From positions 14,570,001 through 14,634,000 of the forward strand of contig JBHGNT010000016.1 of NCBI GenBank assembly GCA_043228905.1: DNA of 64,000 nt, given 5' to 3'. The stretch is from Azolla caroliniana (taxonomy: Eukaryota; Plantae; Polypodiophyta). A program made the translations under genes and the position numbers. The notes beneath the pieces are model-generated. The model was not told the origin of the DNA. It saw nothing but the letters and a program-made list of their open reading frames with translations, and did not search any database. Shown piece by piece: positions 48,032 through 61,515 of the stretch. Numbering within the stretch: the first letter of the stretch is position 1; every line of letters starts with the position of its first letter.

Positions 48032-48521
48032 TGTTGAGATATCAAGCTCAACTAGGTTCGGTCATTTTGTCAATCATGTAATTTAGTAGTTACATAGATA
48101 GATAGATATAGTTGGTATGTTGACTAAGTCTTAAATAAGTTTTGTACTTAAACTTAAGTGGGATACATTCTAGATTACACCATAGTACCTATATTTTCTT
48201 CCCACATGTGTACCCTTGCACATGAGATGTATATATACCGCATTGTGGGTATTTTTTTAACTTGATGTGTTTTAATATAAGAAATAGTTCTTAAGCTACA
48301 CTCTTGTTAGTCATCCCCCATTTTAATCGTTCATAAGTGTAATTCCTATCTCCCATTTTAACTTCCTCTCTCTCACACACACACATCCACACACATATCA
48401 TTTAGTCTTCCATTATTTGATCACATATGTGATTAACTACTCACATGAATAAATATTAATTATCCCATAGTTAATTACCTAATTATTAATACCTATCTTC
48501 ATATCTAGTTTTTTATCAACA
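48032..48521 (+). mobile_element. Copia-type 3' LTR preceded by a PPT
   Basis: TTGAAGGGGCG then TGTTGA...TCAACA. Confidence 0.6.
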
Positions 48522-49222
48522 CTTTGCTCCGATATATTTAAGGATTATAAGTTGTCCATGTATATAACGAAGTAGCTCTTGTCAAATATTATATCTGTAT
48601 GTCTCATTAGTGTAAGCCTTTTAATTAAGTTGTGACTCTAGGTTATGGAAATGATGTGTGTTACGAGAGACGCTCGAAAATGCATGGAGAGATGAACATT
48701 GAAATGTGGAAATTGGTATGATACTTAGATGCGGGAGGATCCGTTGGTATGTTGATGAGAATGCCTCGGAAGGTCATGCCATAGATACTTCGTCTAGGGA
48801 CTTGCAAGCAACCGTTTCCCGGTTTGTAAATCTACAAGATCAAATCAACGCAATCACAAATGGGTGTAGTGAGTGATGCGTTGCGAGTTACAACCATATA
48901 ACCTTGTTTAATGGACATGTTCTCCTTTAGTAATATAATCTAATTTGTTGTAGTGCTTAAAACGTTCCACTTTAAATAATTATGCTCAGAGACCTAGAAA
49001 AGAAAGATATATTAATGTCTTCTAAGACCAAAATTGGCCAAGAGAGAGAGAGGGGGGGTATTAATTATTAGTTGGAGGATGACCATAAAAAAGCTTAGGA
49101 GGCGGATGACAAAAAGGTTTTTGGCAGTTGGGCTGGCTTTGACTGGCCAAGGCCGCAGGACAATTATCACAGACACAACTATGAGTATCTAATTACGAGA
49201 GGGTTGGGGTGTCCTAGGCTAC

Positions 49223-50269
49223 CTAGGCGTATGCATCGAATGCCCAGGAGTAGATGACCGCGCCTTCCACAAGGCCCCCAGTGGAGGCGGAGATGCCCAC
49301 ATAAATGGACTCGCCGCCACCGAATATGGCGGAGAGGTCGTAGTTAGAGAGCAGGAGGGGCGGGCGAGACGTGGGGACCTTGGAGCACACACTCTTACTC
49401 TGACTACAGTTGTCCAGCCACACGCGGATCTCATGATCATTGGATGCATCATACTCGATCCACGCCCGGAATACATAATCACCGTACAAGTAGAATGGTG
49501 ATTCCGAGTCGGATGTATCCACCGTGGCGATCGATTCCTGCACACACAAACCAATATATTATTAAGTGCATTGGGGGGCATAAACCAAATATATTAAGAT
49601 TAGCTTATCCCGAACAATGTAGAATGCAATTAGAATAATGGATTGGGTATTTGATTGTAGAGCCTTTTGAAATGATCATGCCTAACGACAACTACTACTA
49701 CTAATACTTACGACAGTGTTGATGTTGATGCCGACATGGGATGCGCTCGGATCGTAGCTGTTCCGGTACGTGTCGAACTCGACTGCGAAGAACCGGTCGG
49801 TCGAAGTAGAAGAAGAAGGATCATCTATGCCTAGGAACTCGCCCTGGCTGCCCGCTGGTACCGCTGCAGTCGGCGCCAAGAAGAAAGCCAATCCGTCGGC
49901 GGCACCACCATAGGAAGCATGACTTGTGACCAACTGAAATGTAAACTGCGTTTGGAATCGAGCGCCGGAGGCCGACCATCCAAGCGCGCCCAACTTCAAC
50001 GGTTTCTTATACACAACCCGGCCGATGAGGCTAGTGAGGTCGGCAGTAGTAATGCGCGTGTCAGGTGTGAGCCAGATCGCAGACGCGCCTTTGGATCGTG
50101 CGGCATTCCCCTGGAGGAGGAAGCCATCGGTTTTGGCAAGAGAGCGGTATTTGAAGCTAAGGCCCGGGGCTGCGTGAATGCTAGTGCCGATGCCGATGAG
50201 GGTGGAGTGGAGGAGAAGCAAAGCGAAGATCGAAAGAAGGCGGTGGTTCTGGAAGATCATCATCGCCAT
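49223..50269 (-). CDS. Secreted legume-type (L-type) lectin, 290 aa, two exons (50269-49712 and 49537-49223)
   Basis: Hydrophobic signal peptide; GRVVY, FQTQFTF, ADGLAFF, GEFLG, AVEFDTYRN..DP..SHVGININ; GTAAGT...TGCAG 174-bp phase-0 intron; exon 2 has WIEYD, YVGISASTG, IYSWAF. Confidence 0.93.
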
Positions 50270-50391
50270 TGAGCAAATAGCAAGCAATGGAGTGTAGTGT
50301 AGTGTAGTGTGTGTATGTATTGTTGGTTATGTGTCTCGGTAGAGTTATGGAAGGAAGAGTAGTAGATGTCTTCTTCTTCTTCTTCGGCTTC

Positions 50392-50399
50392 TTTTTATA
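50392..50399 (-). promoter_or_regulatory. Probable TATA box of the lectin gene
   Basis: TATAAAAA on the minus strand about 125 bp upstream of the ATG. Confidence 0.6.
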
Positions 50400-51182
50400 A
50401 GCACACAAAATGAGATCATACAACGTGCGCTCAAACCACGTTGCTCTTATGTATGTACTTTGTTTTGCCCCACATGCCCGTAGGTTTGTTGCTCCATTCC
50501 ATTGGAAAAGAACACCTTTTCAGCACTTCTTCTCTTGTCTAAAGTCGGATCGTGAGTGACTCCGAGACTTGGAAAAACAACTTTCCTTGGCTCTGGGAAC
50601 TAAAAGAATTCTGAGTGCGTGTCGCGAAGGGACATGATCGTCAACTCGTGTGTAAAGCCATGCTTTAATAAGGAGAAAGAAAGGGGAAACTCACTTGAGA
50701 TAGTTTTAAGACATAAAACGTGCAGTCTAGTGGATAGGATATAAGAACATTGTAAACACAAATACGAAAATTGGAAAATTTCTAGAATCTCACAACCCAT
50801 GTTGTTTTTATACATGCTAACCACATGGCATATATGGAGGCGGAGCATCCGCACCAAGTTATGGTCTTAAGTGCCTCTCTTCATGATATTTCACCCCGCC
50901 TTTTAAGTGTGTTATTCTCCAAAAACATCAATAGTTTACATATGCAACATTGTTCATTTACTAGAGTTTCAATATAACTTAAGCAAAGAAGTTGCTCATT
51001 TCTACTCGTGAGAACTTTGAAATATGTGATTAGTTATGCCAAGTTGTAGCTACATACTATTTCAACATTTATAAAACATTGTTTGAATTTTCCCCCCCTC
51101 TATCTGCAATTCAACAATGAAAGAATAATTTCTTCTTGCTTCATCACCCAAGACACAACTCTTTATAGGTACTCCTTACTAG

Positions 51183-51774
51183 TGTTGGGCAAAGTCCTAG
51201 GAATAGTCTCAACGTTCCGGTTACATTGGGACTTTTACTGGCCAATGTGGGCGACAACCAGAATTGATTCCGGCCAGGCTTTCTGGCCAACTAGAATCTA
51301 GCCGGTTCATATTTTTTGAACCGGCTATTTATATAGTTTGTGTAAAAATAAAGGTAGAAAAAAATACTTTTCCCCATTTCCCCCTCATTTTTTTTGTTTC
51401 AATTTCCCTCTCTTTCTGTTTTTTCTCTCTATGCATGTGTCTATATGCATTTTTCTTGCTCGCTGATCATTGCTCCTTCCTCATTGATCATTGCTCTTGA
51501 GTCCCTCCTCACTGATCGTTGCTCCTTCCTCGTTGATCCTTCCTTGCGGCTCAAGGTGGGCGTCTTGTAGTTGTTGCTTCTCTAGAAGAGCTCAAGTTGG
51601 TCGTCTTGGAGTCTCTTGTTGTATTCCTTTCATATCATAGTGATTTAGCTTGGAGTCCCTCTTAAGGTTTTCCACGTTAACATCCTGTGCCGCTTTGTCT
51701 CTATGTGTGCAATATTCAGATTTTCCATCCTGTGCTTGAATCTCGGGTGAGGCTGAGACCCATTTTTCTCATCA
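51183..51774 (+). mobile_element. Possible old solo LTR
   Basis: TGTTG...CATCA; TATA-like TATTTATA; TTTCCACGTTAA motif shared with the LTR at 7166; no TSD. Confidence 0.4.
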
Positions 51775-52178
51775 AAGAGGCTATTATTGTAAATATCGTA
51801 TAGTACTATTATTTAGTATTTTTAATCATGAAAATAATAATAATAAATAAATAAAGCTGAAAACTTTTCTTGCCATATATACTTCTTGGCACTACCACTT
51901 TTAAAACTATATATAGAAGCAAACACCATCATTAAAAATCATTTATAGCAAGTGGCTCTCGAAGACACCATTAAAACAAAAGATTCTATTCTTAAAAGAT
52001 GTTTTTATCTCGAGACAAGGGCCACCTCTTCACCAATACAAAATCCTCTTCTTCTCATTTCCCTGACATAGAAAAGCTAAAAGAAGCACAAAACATAGCA
52101 CATAGAACACATAGAGAACTCAAATTTTCCCACTCTTACGCAAAAAACAATACTCTCACATCAGAAGAAGAAAAAGAG

Positions 52179-53210
52179 ATGTCGATTGAAGTATTTGAGC
52201 ATTTGAGAGCCTAGCTACAGACAAATAGCTTGGGAGGGTTCTTATGAGTAGTAGATGCCCATCCTCATGTGCAGGCCATGGAGGTTGCTACACAAATTAA
52301 TGTCGACAAACTTACAAACAACCAAATCCTGAATCTAGAAAATGATGGAGCCACTGATATGGATGTAGTGGAGAAGCAGATACTCGACTCTTATTTTGGG
52401 GAATACTTGTCGTTGACCAAAGCATACAGGACTCAGGGAGTTCTTGATCTTTTTCCTCAGAGAAGTGGCCAAATTCTTGTAAGAGGTTGCTTGCATGAAC
52501 CCAAAGACTTATTGTATGCTGAAAAACAAGGCGGGGTTTATTATAGCAACATCCAAAGGGAATAAAATCTACTAGCAGTTCATCACAACAACAGCCCTTC
52601 AAGCACATTTGATGGCCATTACGAGAGGGGGAAAGTCATGATTCCGGACATTGCACAATGGCTGACCCTATTTTGCCCCATGTCGTTGCCCATACAGAGA
52701 AGTAAGGACCTAGAGAAGAAAGGGGCAGTCGTTCCAATGATTGTTGAAACAATCGGCAAGAAGACAATTGTTACCAGGGCCACATGTGGAGTGGCAAGAA
52801 CCACAAGCAATAGAGAGCCAACCAACCACAAGGGTCGAGGTAGAAAAATTGAAGCAAAAACTTCAACACTAAATGATATACACAACAAGAATCGAGTCGA
52901 CAAGGACAAGACCCGACTCTGACCCAACAACCCCATCCTCCCCAAGAGACAAGTCGGTTGACTTCACATGAAGTCGGCAGAACACGAAAGTCGACATACA
53001 ACACAAATGGTTGATCAAGATTTGACCATGAGAACAGAATCAGAGGCCAAATCGAACCAAGCAAAGAAGAAGTATAGAAAATTAATGAAGAAGCAACAAA
53101 CTAATCAAGAAGAAGTCACGACCACCACACACGCGTGGGAAGTTGAATATCTGACTACACTAACACGCGCCAAAGAAAAAGGAAAGTCCTCAACAACAAC
53201 TGCATAGGAT
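52179..53210 (+). pseudogene. Degenerate homologue of the extra ORF of C
   Basis: MSIEVFEHLRA*LQTNSLGGFL*VVDAHPHVQA..DSYFGEYLSLTKAYRTQG aligns with MPIPVSEELRLWLHERNLQGFIKVAEAEPHPQA..QSYFGEYSPSAKAYQTYG. Confidence 0.8.
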
Positions 53211-53279
53211 GTTTTGACAATGCTAGATATCCTACGAGCAACCCATGAATTTAAAGAGCTGACACACCTAGATCTACCT

Positions 53280-55005
53280 CATAGAGAAGAAGAGTGATGT
53301 CTTTAATTGTTTCCAGAACTTAAAGAGCTTGGTGGAATGCGAAACATAGAGGAAGATCAAGTGTTTGCAGTTGGATGGTGGAAAAGAATATTTTTCCAGT
53401 TAGTTCAACTATTATCTACAACAGATAGGAATTTAGCGTGAATTCAGTTGTACATATACACCAGAGTAGAACGACGTAGCCGAAAGAAGGAACCGATCAA
53501 TCATGGAAGCGGCACGGGCAATGCTGGAAGAAGTGGTTTAGATGATAGTATACATCCAGAATCAGATTGGAGAAAAGTGTTGAATATGGGTTTCCAATGG
53601 ACGTATTCACATTGTCTCCTTTTGAACACATTAGACTTAGTCTATTTATGTAAACAGTGAGAAGGGCAGTTGCCCTAAGTTAGTCACTATATAAACTGAT
53701 TTTGTAATCTAGTTACGGGTTGGTTGCTCATTTTGTAAAAGTTGTAATAAACTCCGTTGACATTGTGCCTACTTGTCTCTTACTCTCTCTCTTGCGTACT
53801 AGTTGTTTTATTTTCTGTCTTTGCTGCCATCAAAGCTATGATCTTGCATCCATTTACAATCTTATCTTAGAAGAGTGTTGATCTTGTTCCACATTAGAAG
53901 ACGACGTTCCCAACAAAAAGGTGCCAACACATGAGCTGTATTTTGCATGCAAGCCGAATTTGAAGCACCTAAGGGTATTCGATAACATTCCATATGTGCA
54001 TGTGCCAGATGAGAAGTGGAAGAAGCTGGACACCAAGGTAGAAAAGTATATATTGGTTGACTACTGGCATGAGCAAAAAGGCTACACGTGTTACAATCCC
54101 CGGATGAAGCAAGTGCGAGTGAGTTGCGACGTCGTCTTCGACGAATCAAAGTCTTGGTATTCCCTTCCATCTCCAACTCCCAATGACCCCATACCGATTA
54201 CTAAGGATGAGGCCAGTGAGGCCGAGATGATTCGGGAAGAAGAAGAGGAAGATGTTGGCACTCTAGAAGAGAGTCCAATTTCATTCCGGCTAAGTGGCCC
54301 AAATGAAGAGCTAGTTGGTATGACCAGATGAATGAAGAGTCGGTAGCAGTGAAGACTTGGTTGTGCACTCCCCATGCAAGGAACTGAGGAGAGGGTACAC
54401 ACACGAGAAAGGGAAGATGAAGATGCCGGAGTACGGCGGCATAGACAGAGGTGCATCAGCTCATGGATAATCTGACACCAACCAAAGCGAAGACGGACCT
54501 CAAGAGTGGAGGTCGGATGCGGCCAAAAGGGCCTTGAAATCGGAAAATGAGAAGTTACGCTAATCCACTCGCCAAAATACCCCGATGATCTAGTACATAT
54601 ACAATGAATACATGGTGCAACATTATGCGTAGATGACAAAAGTGGCAGAAGTCCACGAGCCGGAGAGCTATGCGGAGGCATCGTAGGATGCCAGATGGCG
54701 ATCAATCATGGAGGAAGAAATGCAGGCACTAGTTGCCAACAAGACATGGGATTTGTTTGACCCTCCCCGACATTGCAAACCGATCAGATGTAAATGAGTA
54801 TACAAAGTGAAGTATAACGTTGACAGGGTCAACCGATACAAGGCCCGATTACAGGCCAAGGGATGCACGCAGACCCACGACATGGACTATGAGGAGACCT
54901 TTGCACCGGTGGCGAATATGGTGATAGTCTGTGTGGTGTTGACGATAGCAGCAACAAGCGGGTGGGATCTCCACCATATTGATGTTAAGAACGCGTTCCT
55001 TCTGG
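53280..55005 (+). pseudogene. Degenerate Copia integrase-RT fragment
   Basis: KPNLKHLRVF..VHVPDEK..KLD..SCDVVFDE; YKARLQAKG..DYEETFAPV..IDVKNAFL. Confidence 0.85.
53578..53915 (+). mobile_element. Solo LTR related to the 62697 LTR
   Basis: TGTTG..CAACA with TSD AAAAG on both sides. Confidence 0.85.
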
Positions 55006-57320
55006 TGGATATGGTGTTCATTATGTATGTCGAAGTATGTGAGGACCTATAGATTATGTGCACAGAAAACAATATAGGGAGTATGGTAGAGGAAAAATGA
55101 TGGAAACGTAGACACAGTTCAAGCTCTAATGGAAGCTCTCGTTATTCTGTAACTCTTACACTCATAAAGACTCGAGATACCATAAGTTATCATTATAGTG
55201 TTAGGTTAGAGCTTATATACTATGCCCTAACTATTTGGGCGTGTTCACACTAAGATACAAAGTGGAAGGAGTCAACCTTTTATGCCAACAAACTCCCCCG
55301 TAAAAGGACTACTCTTTCCTATGTATACAAGTGATTTGGGGTTATCTCCCCCATAAAACTAGACTATAAAATTAATCTAAATTTATGTTCCATGTCAATT
55401 AGCATATAGCCACGCCGGCAAAGGTAAAGTCGATGTCCAATGTGGTTCAGCTAGTCTCAAGATTCGGCTGATTTGAGTCGGTCAAATTGTCTTTCAATCG
55501 AATCAGTCCAATTGTCGAAGTTGGCTTGTATCCTATTCTCAATTTCAGCCTTGTGTCGATTGTTTGTTGTCCGCTCGTCCTTGCTCTTGTGCTCCTCGTT
55601 GGATCCTTGATTTGTATCCAAGTTCGTTCACCGCCCAATCGTTCCTTTCCAATCAGTATCCTCGCTCAGTAATGTTTCTTCAGTCCCTTGTGTTTCCACA
55701 ATTGTGGGCTTCACTTCTCTAGCGAGTCTGTTCGGGTCAGTTTTTTACTTTTGCTCCTTGTTTGGCTACCTTCTACTCGGTCGCTTGTTGTAGTCCCATC
55801 TTTGTCCTTAGTGCTCCGAAGCGTTGATCTGGGAGTGGCTTTGTCAGGCAATCGGCGATGTTCACCTCGGTGTCGATCTTCCAAACGTCGAGCTTCTTCT
55901 CTGTTTTGAGCTCCCGGATATGATGAAATCATAACCCAATATGTTTCTTCTTCGCGTGATAGACTAGGTTTCGAATGAGGTGTATTGCACTTTGTGAGTC
56001 GCAATAGATGGTCAGCGCTTGATGGTCGATTCGACTTGTAACTAAGAAGTTAGCTAACAATTGGTGCAGCCAGATTACTTCCTTTACTGCTTCTGATGTT
56101 GCTATGTACTTGGCCTCTGTGGTAAATAGGGTTTAGGGAACCTCGATGATATGGCACCGCCGCCATATGTAAAAACATAACCTGATGTCGACTTCTTATT
56201 GTCTGTATTTCTGGCATAGTCAGAGTTAGTATAACCTTCGACTTTGGTCGGGTTTGCCGATCCGAAAGTCGGTTGTGCATCTCCAGTCCCTCTTAGGTAC
56301 CTAAAGATGTGCTTGACGGCCTCCCAATGCTTCCGTCCTAGGTTTGACATGTACCGGCTGACGACCCCTATGCCATATGCTAGGTTGGGTCGGGTCGCCA
56401 CCATCGTATACATGATATTCCTATGGCGGATGCATAGGGTTATCTTTCCATTGAGCTCTCTCTCTTCATCAATCAAAGGAGAGTCTTTGTCCGATAGTCG
56501 AATTGACATCGGAAGCAGTGTTGGTGTTGGCTTCACATTCTCCTTGTTGAAGCGCTTCAACACTTTGCAGATGTAGTCGGACTGGGAGAGTCGGAGAGTC
56601 TGTCCGATTTCGCTCTATCCTCATACCCAATATGTTTCGGGCTTGTCCGAGTTCCTTCATCACAAACTTGTCGTGAAGGCTTCGTTTTAGCTTTCCGATT
56701 TCGGCTTGATAAATCTGAGACTCGTCAACATATAAGATCAGATAGATCCAGACTCATCGGCCAATTGTAGAGTGTATAAACATGGGTCAGAGTCGGACTA
56801 ACAATAACCAAGCTGCCTGATGTAGGAGTCGAACTTCTGGTACCACATCCTCGGCTCTTGTTTTAAGCCATAGAGGCTTTTCTTCAATTGGCATATGAGG
56901 TTACCTTCCTACCCCGTCATCGTGAATCTTGCCGATTGAGACATGTAGATGTCTTCTTCTAGTTCTTCGTGTAGGAATGTAGTCTTGACGTCCATCTACT
57001 CAAGCTTTAGGTCTTATGTCGCCACGATTCCAAGTAAGAGCCGGAGGGTGTTCATCTTGATTACTGGCGATTATATATCATCGTAGTCGACCCTATGTTC
57101 TTGTTTGAACCCTTTGGCAACGAGCCGAACTTTGTATTTGGGTTTTCTAAGTCAGATACATATTTGTATCTAAAAACCCATTTGCAAAGCAGTAGCTTCC
57201 TTCCTACTGGTAGTTCGACCAACTTCCATGTAATGTTCTGATGAATCGAGTCCATCTCGGATCTCGTGGCTTGCAGACATGTATCGGCATTCGGTGCAGC
57301 TATGGCTTCTTCGTATGTGC
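55005..57320 (-). mobile_element. 3' part of a Copia: RT/RH remnant, PPT and 3' LTR starting at 55290
   Basis: TWKLVELP..CKWVF, MKELGQA..ILGMRI, TRPNLAY, WEAVKHIFRYL; TTACGGGGGAGTT then TGTTGG on the minus strand. Confidence 0.85.
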
Positions 57321-57329
57321 GACCTAGAG

Positions 57330-57679
57330 ATCTTCATCTGAACAGATGGCTATGGAGTAGTTACACAGAATCTCTTACTCTCTCACTCTCTAGTTATAGA
57401 GGCAACGACCTCGTCAGTAACTATATCTATACAACTATTCTAATGATTCACCTTCTTCTCTACTATAAACTTTGCCCTAGTTATATTTATGCTTATACAA
57501 CTTTCTGGCTATTTATAGATATAATCCACATGGGGAACATTTAGACTATTTACAAATATAGTCTCCCGAATCAGTTATATAATCGATTTTCAATTTCTGC
57601 CTCAATTGAATTTCCCATTGGTTCCATCCGATTCGGCTCGTACTCTTCTTCCCATCCGAAGAGACCTGTTTTCCCAACA
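57330..57679 (-). mobile_element. LTR fragment related to 6230-6784
   Basis: Minus-strand start TGTTGGGAAAACAGG..CGGATGGGAAGA. Confidence 0.55.
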
Positions 57680-58279
57680 CGCACCCAAGAAATAGGAAGC
57701 ATTCAGGTCGATATAAATACAGAGTGATCGGAAGAGTAAAGGGGGAGATAATATTATTAGGCAAGAAGTGAAAGAGAGAGGGAGAGTGAGTGATATACCA
57801 ACAATCGATCGGTACTTGTATCTGTATGTATTTATAATCAAATATTCTTTCGTGTGGGGTAATCCTATGTGCTTAACGTGTAATCTAAGTATATGGTTTG
57901 TGTGTAATCGCGAGCCTGAAATCAGGTGTAGCCAATTGGGCAAGAGATCTGTTACTACGTTCCCTAAGAAGTTCTAAAGAGTTGCCTGCATCTCAGACAA
58001 ACTCGGAGATTCACCGAGAATGTTATCTAGGAATCCCTTGGGGCAGAGTTATCTCCCCTAACTCTCGTATCCAACTAAGTGTATAGCTGACAGGTCCCTT
58101 CCTTCCTACCACAATCACCTTGGTCCGATTACTCGGAAGTGGTAACCAAGAGTGTGTTCCTCTAGAAAAGGGGCAACAAAGTATTAGCCTTACCCTTGCC
58201 GAAGACATCTTCGAATTCCAGGTACTTTGAATTCCCAACAAAAACCTTTGTAGAGAGATGGTCGATATTTGGTGAGATT

Positions 58280-58590
58280 TTGAATCTTGGTTGGTACCAA
58301 CAAGAAAGTTGGGTGCGGGTTCTTGTTAGGAATCATTGATGGCTTGTTTTCTCCTTGATCAATTTCAGAATTATGAAATCCAAACGAAGCACAACCAATG
58401 ACAACTTGAATTGACTCAGTTTTTCTTAAACTTATATCTCCAAATGCAATAGGGCGACCGTCAATGATCACAACAGTTGTGAGACAAGGGAGGTTGCTTA
58501 ATAGGAGTTTCTAGATTAAGGAAAATTCTCAATCCATAAAACAAGAGTTGGCTCCTGAATCTAGGAGGGCAAAGGCAAGAACTCGATGTT
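58280..58590 (-). pseudogene. Chromovirus protease remnant
   Basis: ALLDSGANSCFMD..VIIDGRPIA, as in the ORF at 13249. Confidence 0.75.
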
Positions 58591-59554
58591 AAGCAAGCTA
58601 GTTGTATGGGGGTACATGTAAACAACACAATGTGAAGACAATTTGAATGTTATATTTAGTGTTTGTTAACTTTGCTTCATAATTCCTTAATAATTAGTAT
58701 TACTTGTAGCATTATCATTGTCTACTCGTCACTTATTTTGTTGATACACAATCTCTTTAACTTTGGTATTTCTTATCTCTCTCACAAACATATTCACATA
58801 AGCTAAATCACTTACCTCCAAAAACACCATGAACATGACATTGAGCCACAAGTGGGCCCAATAGTTGCACTTCTTGACCCTATCTTCCTCATTTTCCTAT
58901 GTACAAATGATCCTTCACTAAATTGTCACAACCTTATTTACAATACAAATTCTTCAACTACATCTATGACACTTAAAAACATCCCACATATACAATTGTT
59001 GCAAAATATTCTTCATTGTTTTGAATGGCATGCCCAAGATTTTATTAGGTCTAGGTTCATGGGTATATTGTGTCATATAACAATATCATTACAAATCTAG
59101 TGACACATATTGAGTGGTATTCCCTTTCAAATTTGAAGGCGTTGCAAATGTTTCTTTGATTTAAAAGATATATCATAAATTTAGTTTGGTAAATGCTATG
59201 ATAATAGTTCCTCCACTAACCAATTATCTCAAAATTTGAAAGAGTTGCAAATGTTTCTTTGGCTTGCAGATATGTATGAGTACAACTTTATTTAGGTACA
59301 TGATATAATAACATTTCCCATGACAGGAGTCCTGTTTATTCCATTATTTGGAACAATCTCAACAACCAAGGGTTGAGATGCTTAGTAACACTCCGATCTA
59401 CATGGTTCTTGAGTTACTTGGTGCATATCCCAATAAGCCATTTACTGTGGACATGGATGTTAGTACACACGCAATTCAAAGTTAGTTAAGTTTTTATAAT
59501 GGCACTAAAGATGATTAGTAAAACTAGAGAAATGCTATCTATGCATGTCCCTCA

Positions 59555-61510
59555 TGATGGGGGGAAGACAACTAAAAAGCCGTAAATTGGCCTAAAGGCC
59601 GATTAAGGGTCGGTTGGTCGGATTCAGCCGAGAGGCTGATTAAGCGTCGGCTGGTCAGATTCGACCGAAAGGCCGAATGAGGGCCGACTGGTCGGAATCG
59701 GCCGAGGGGCCGAATGAGAGTCGGCTGAGAGTTCAAATATATATATATATATATATATAAGTTAGGGTGATGAATAATAATGTGTGTGTGTGTGTAAGAG
59801 ATACCATAGAGACAAGAGCAGAGAGAGCGTGAGTGAGGTAGAAAAGAGAAAAAGAGACCTGAAACAACATGAGTTGCGCGAGAGACAACATGCTTAGACA
59901 CTGCGAAGAAGTGTTGAGTTAGTTCGTGCGAACAAGACAAAGAGAAGACGGGAAGACAACAAGTGTAGGCACAGTCTTATGGAACTTGCCCAAACCCTAG
60001 AAGTGGTTTCAAACATCAATCTATTGCATCTACCCCTGAACAAGAAGTTGAAAGCTCTGTAATCTGTTTTGTTTTATACTCTTCATTCATAGTGAAATTT
60101 TTTTGGGTAGAGTGCCCGTGGTTTTTTTCGTGATCTGGGATTTTCCACATAACTCGTGTGTAGTTTGATTTGTGTTTATGTCTCAGAATAATCTACTGTT
60201 TATCTCTTATTGTAAATCCATCAAACTGATATCAAAGCATTAGGTCCTAGATGGAAGGAAGTGTGAGTGGTTTTCCAAGAATGATAGTCCTAAACTCCCA
60301 CAACTATGCTAACTGGAAGATCAAGATGGAGGATCTTCTTATAGTTAGAGACGTAACTGAGCCGATAGATAAGAAGGATATACCAACGGGGGTATCAGAG
60401 TCTGAGTGGAAAACCCTAAACAGAAAGGTTGTGGCTACCATCAGACAATGTGTAGACGTGAGCATCCTTCAACATGTAGCAAACGATACAAATGTCCATG
60501 ACTTGTGGCATAAGCTCTATGCCCTGTATGAAAGGAAAAATGCTCTAAACTAAGCTTCCCTTATAAGAAAAATAGTGAGGCTAATGGACATAGATGGTGA
60601 TAGGATTGTGGTGCACATTAGTACTTTCATGGGACTAGTAAATCAGCTAGCATCAACGAAGTTCCCATTAGATGATGTTATGCAAGCCCTGTTACTACTA
60701 CGTACTCTACCGGACAGTTGGGAGAACCTAGTAGTGTCACTTAGTGCTTCTTGTCAAGAAGAGAACCTACCTTTACAAGTAGTAAAGACAAACATTCTGA
60801 AAGAAGAGACAAGAAAAAAAGATAAAAGTGCCTTGTCTCAATTGAAAGCAAATGTAGCACAAAACCTTGGTAGAGGAAGAAGGAAACATAGAAGTCCTCG
60901 AAATAGAGACAAGTCTCATGCTAGGTCAAAGTCCAGAGGAAGACTCACGTGTTTCTAGTGTGGGAAACCTTGTCATTTCCAAAAGAATTGTCAACACCGT
61001 AAGAAGGACAAAGTGATTATTGATGATGTTGAACCCAAAAAAAATTCTGATGAGAAAAATAATTCAGCCATTGCAATCAATGTTGAGTACTCTTGCAAAT
61101 GTTGAGTACTCTTGGGTAGTTGATTCTGGTGCATCATTTCACCTAACTCCCAAAAGAGAATCAACTAACTCCCAAAAGAGAAGAGTTGTTATTCATTTGT
61201 GAACAAGCTAGTCTGAATCTTGCAAATGTTGAGTACTCTTGGGTAGTTGATTCTAGTGCATCATTTCACCTAACTCCCAAAAGAGAATGCTTTAGAATCT
61301 CATCTTACATAGCCGATGACTATGGCTATGTAAAGATGGGAAATTACGGTGAATCCAAGTTTGTGGGTATAGGAAATGTGTGTTTGTTAACGTCTACTGG
61401 CTATAGGTTACTATTAAAGGATGTATGCCACGTTCTGGATGTCAGATTGAATCCGATATTGGCTAAACAGCTAGATGATGAAGGCTACATTGGAAGCTTT
61501 CGTAAAATAA
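59555..61510 (+). mobile_element. Truncated Copia: LTR 59555-60223, decayed PBS at 60227, gag-protease remnant from 60251
   Basis: TGATG..CATCA; TGATATCAAAGC; NYANWKIKMEDLL, LPDSWENL, WVVDSGASFH. Confidence 0.85.
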
Positions 61511-61515
61511 AATAG

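Noticed and set aside
49682-50287. 201-aa single-exon ORF or lectin receptor kinase
   Set aside because: The ORF tail is intron read-through and its start codon is not ATG; the spliced model ends at a stop with no TM or kinase domain
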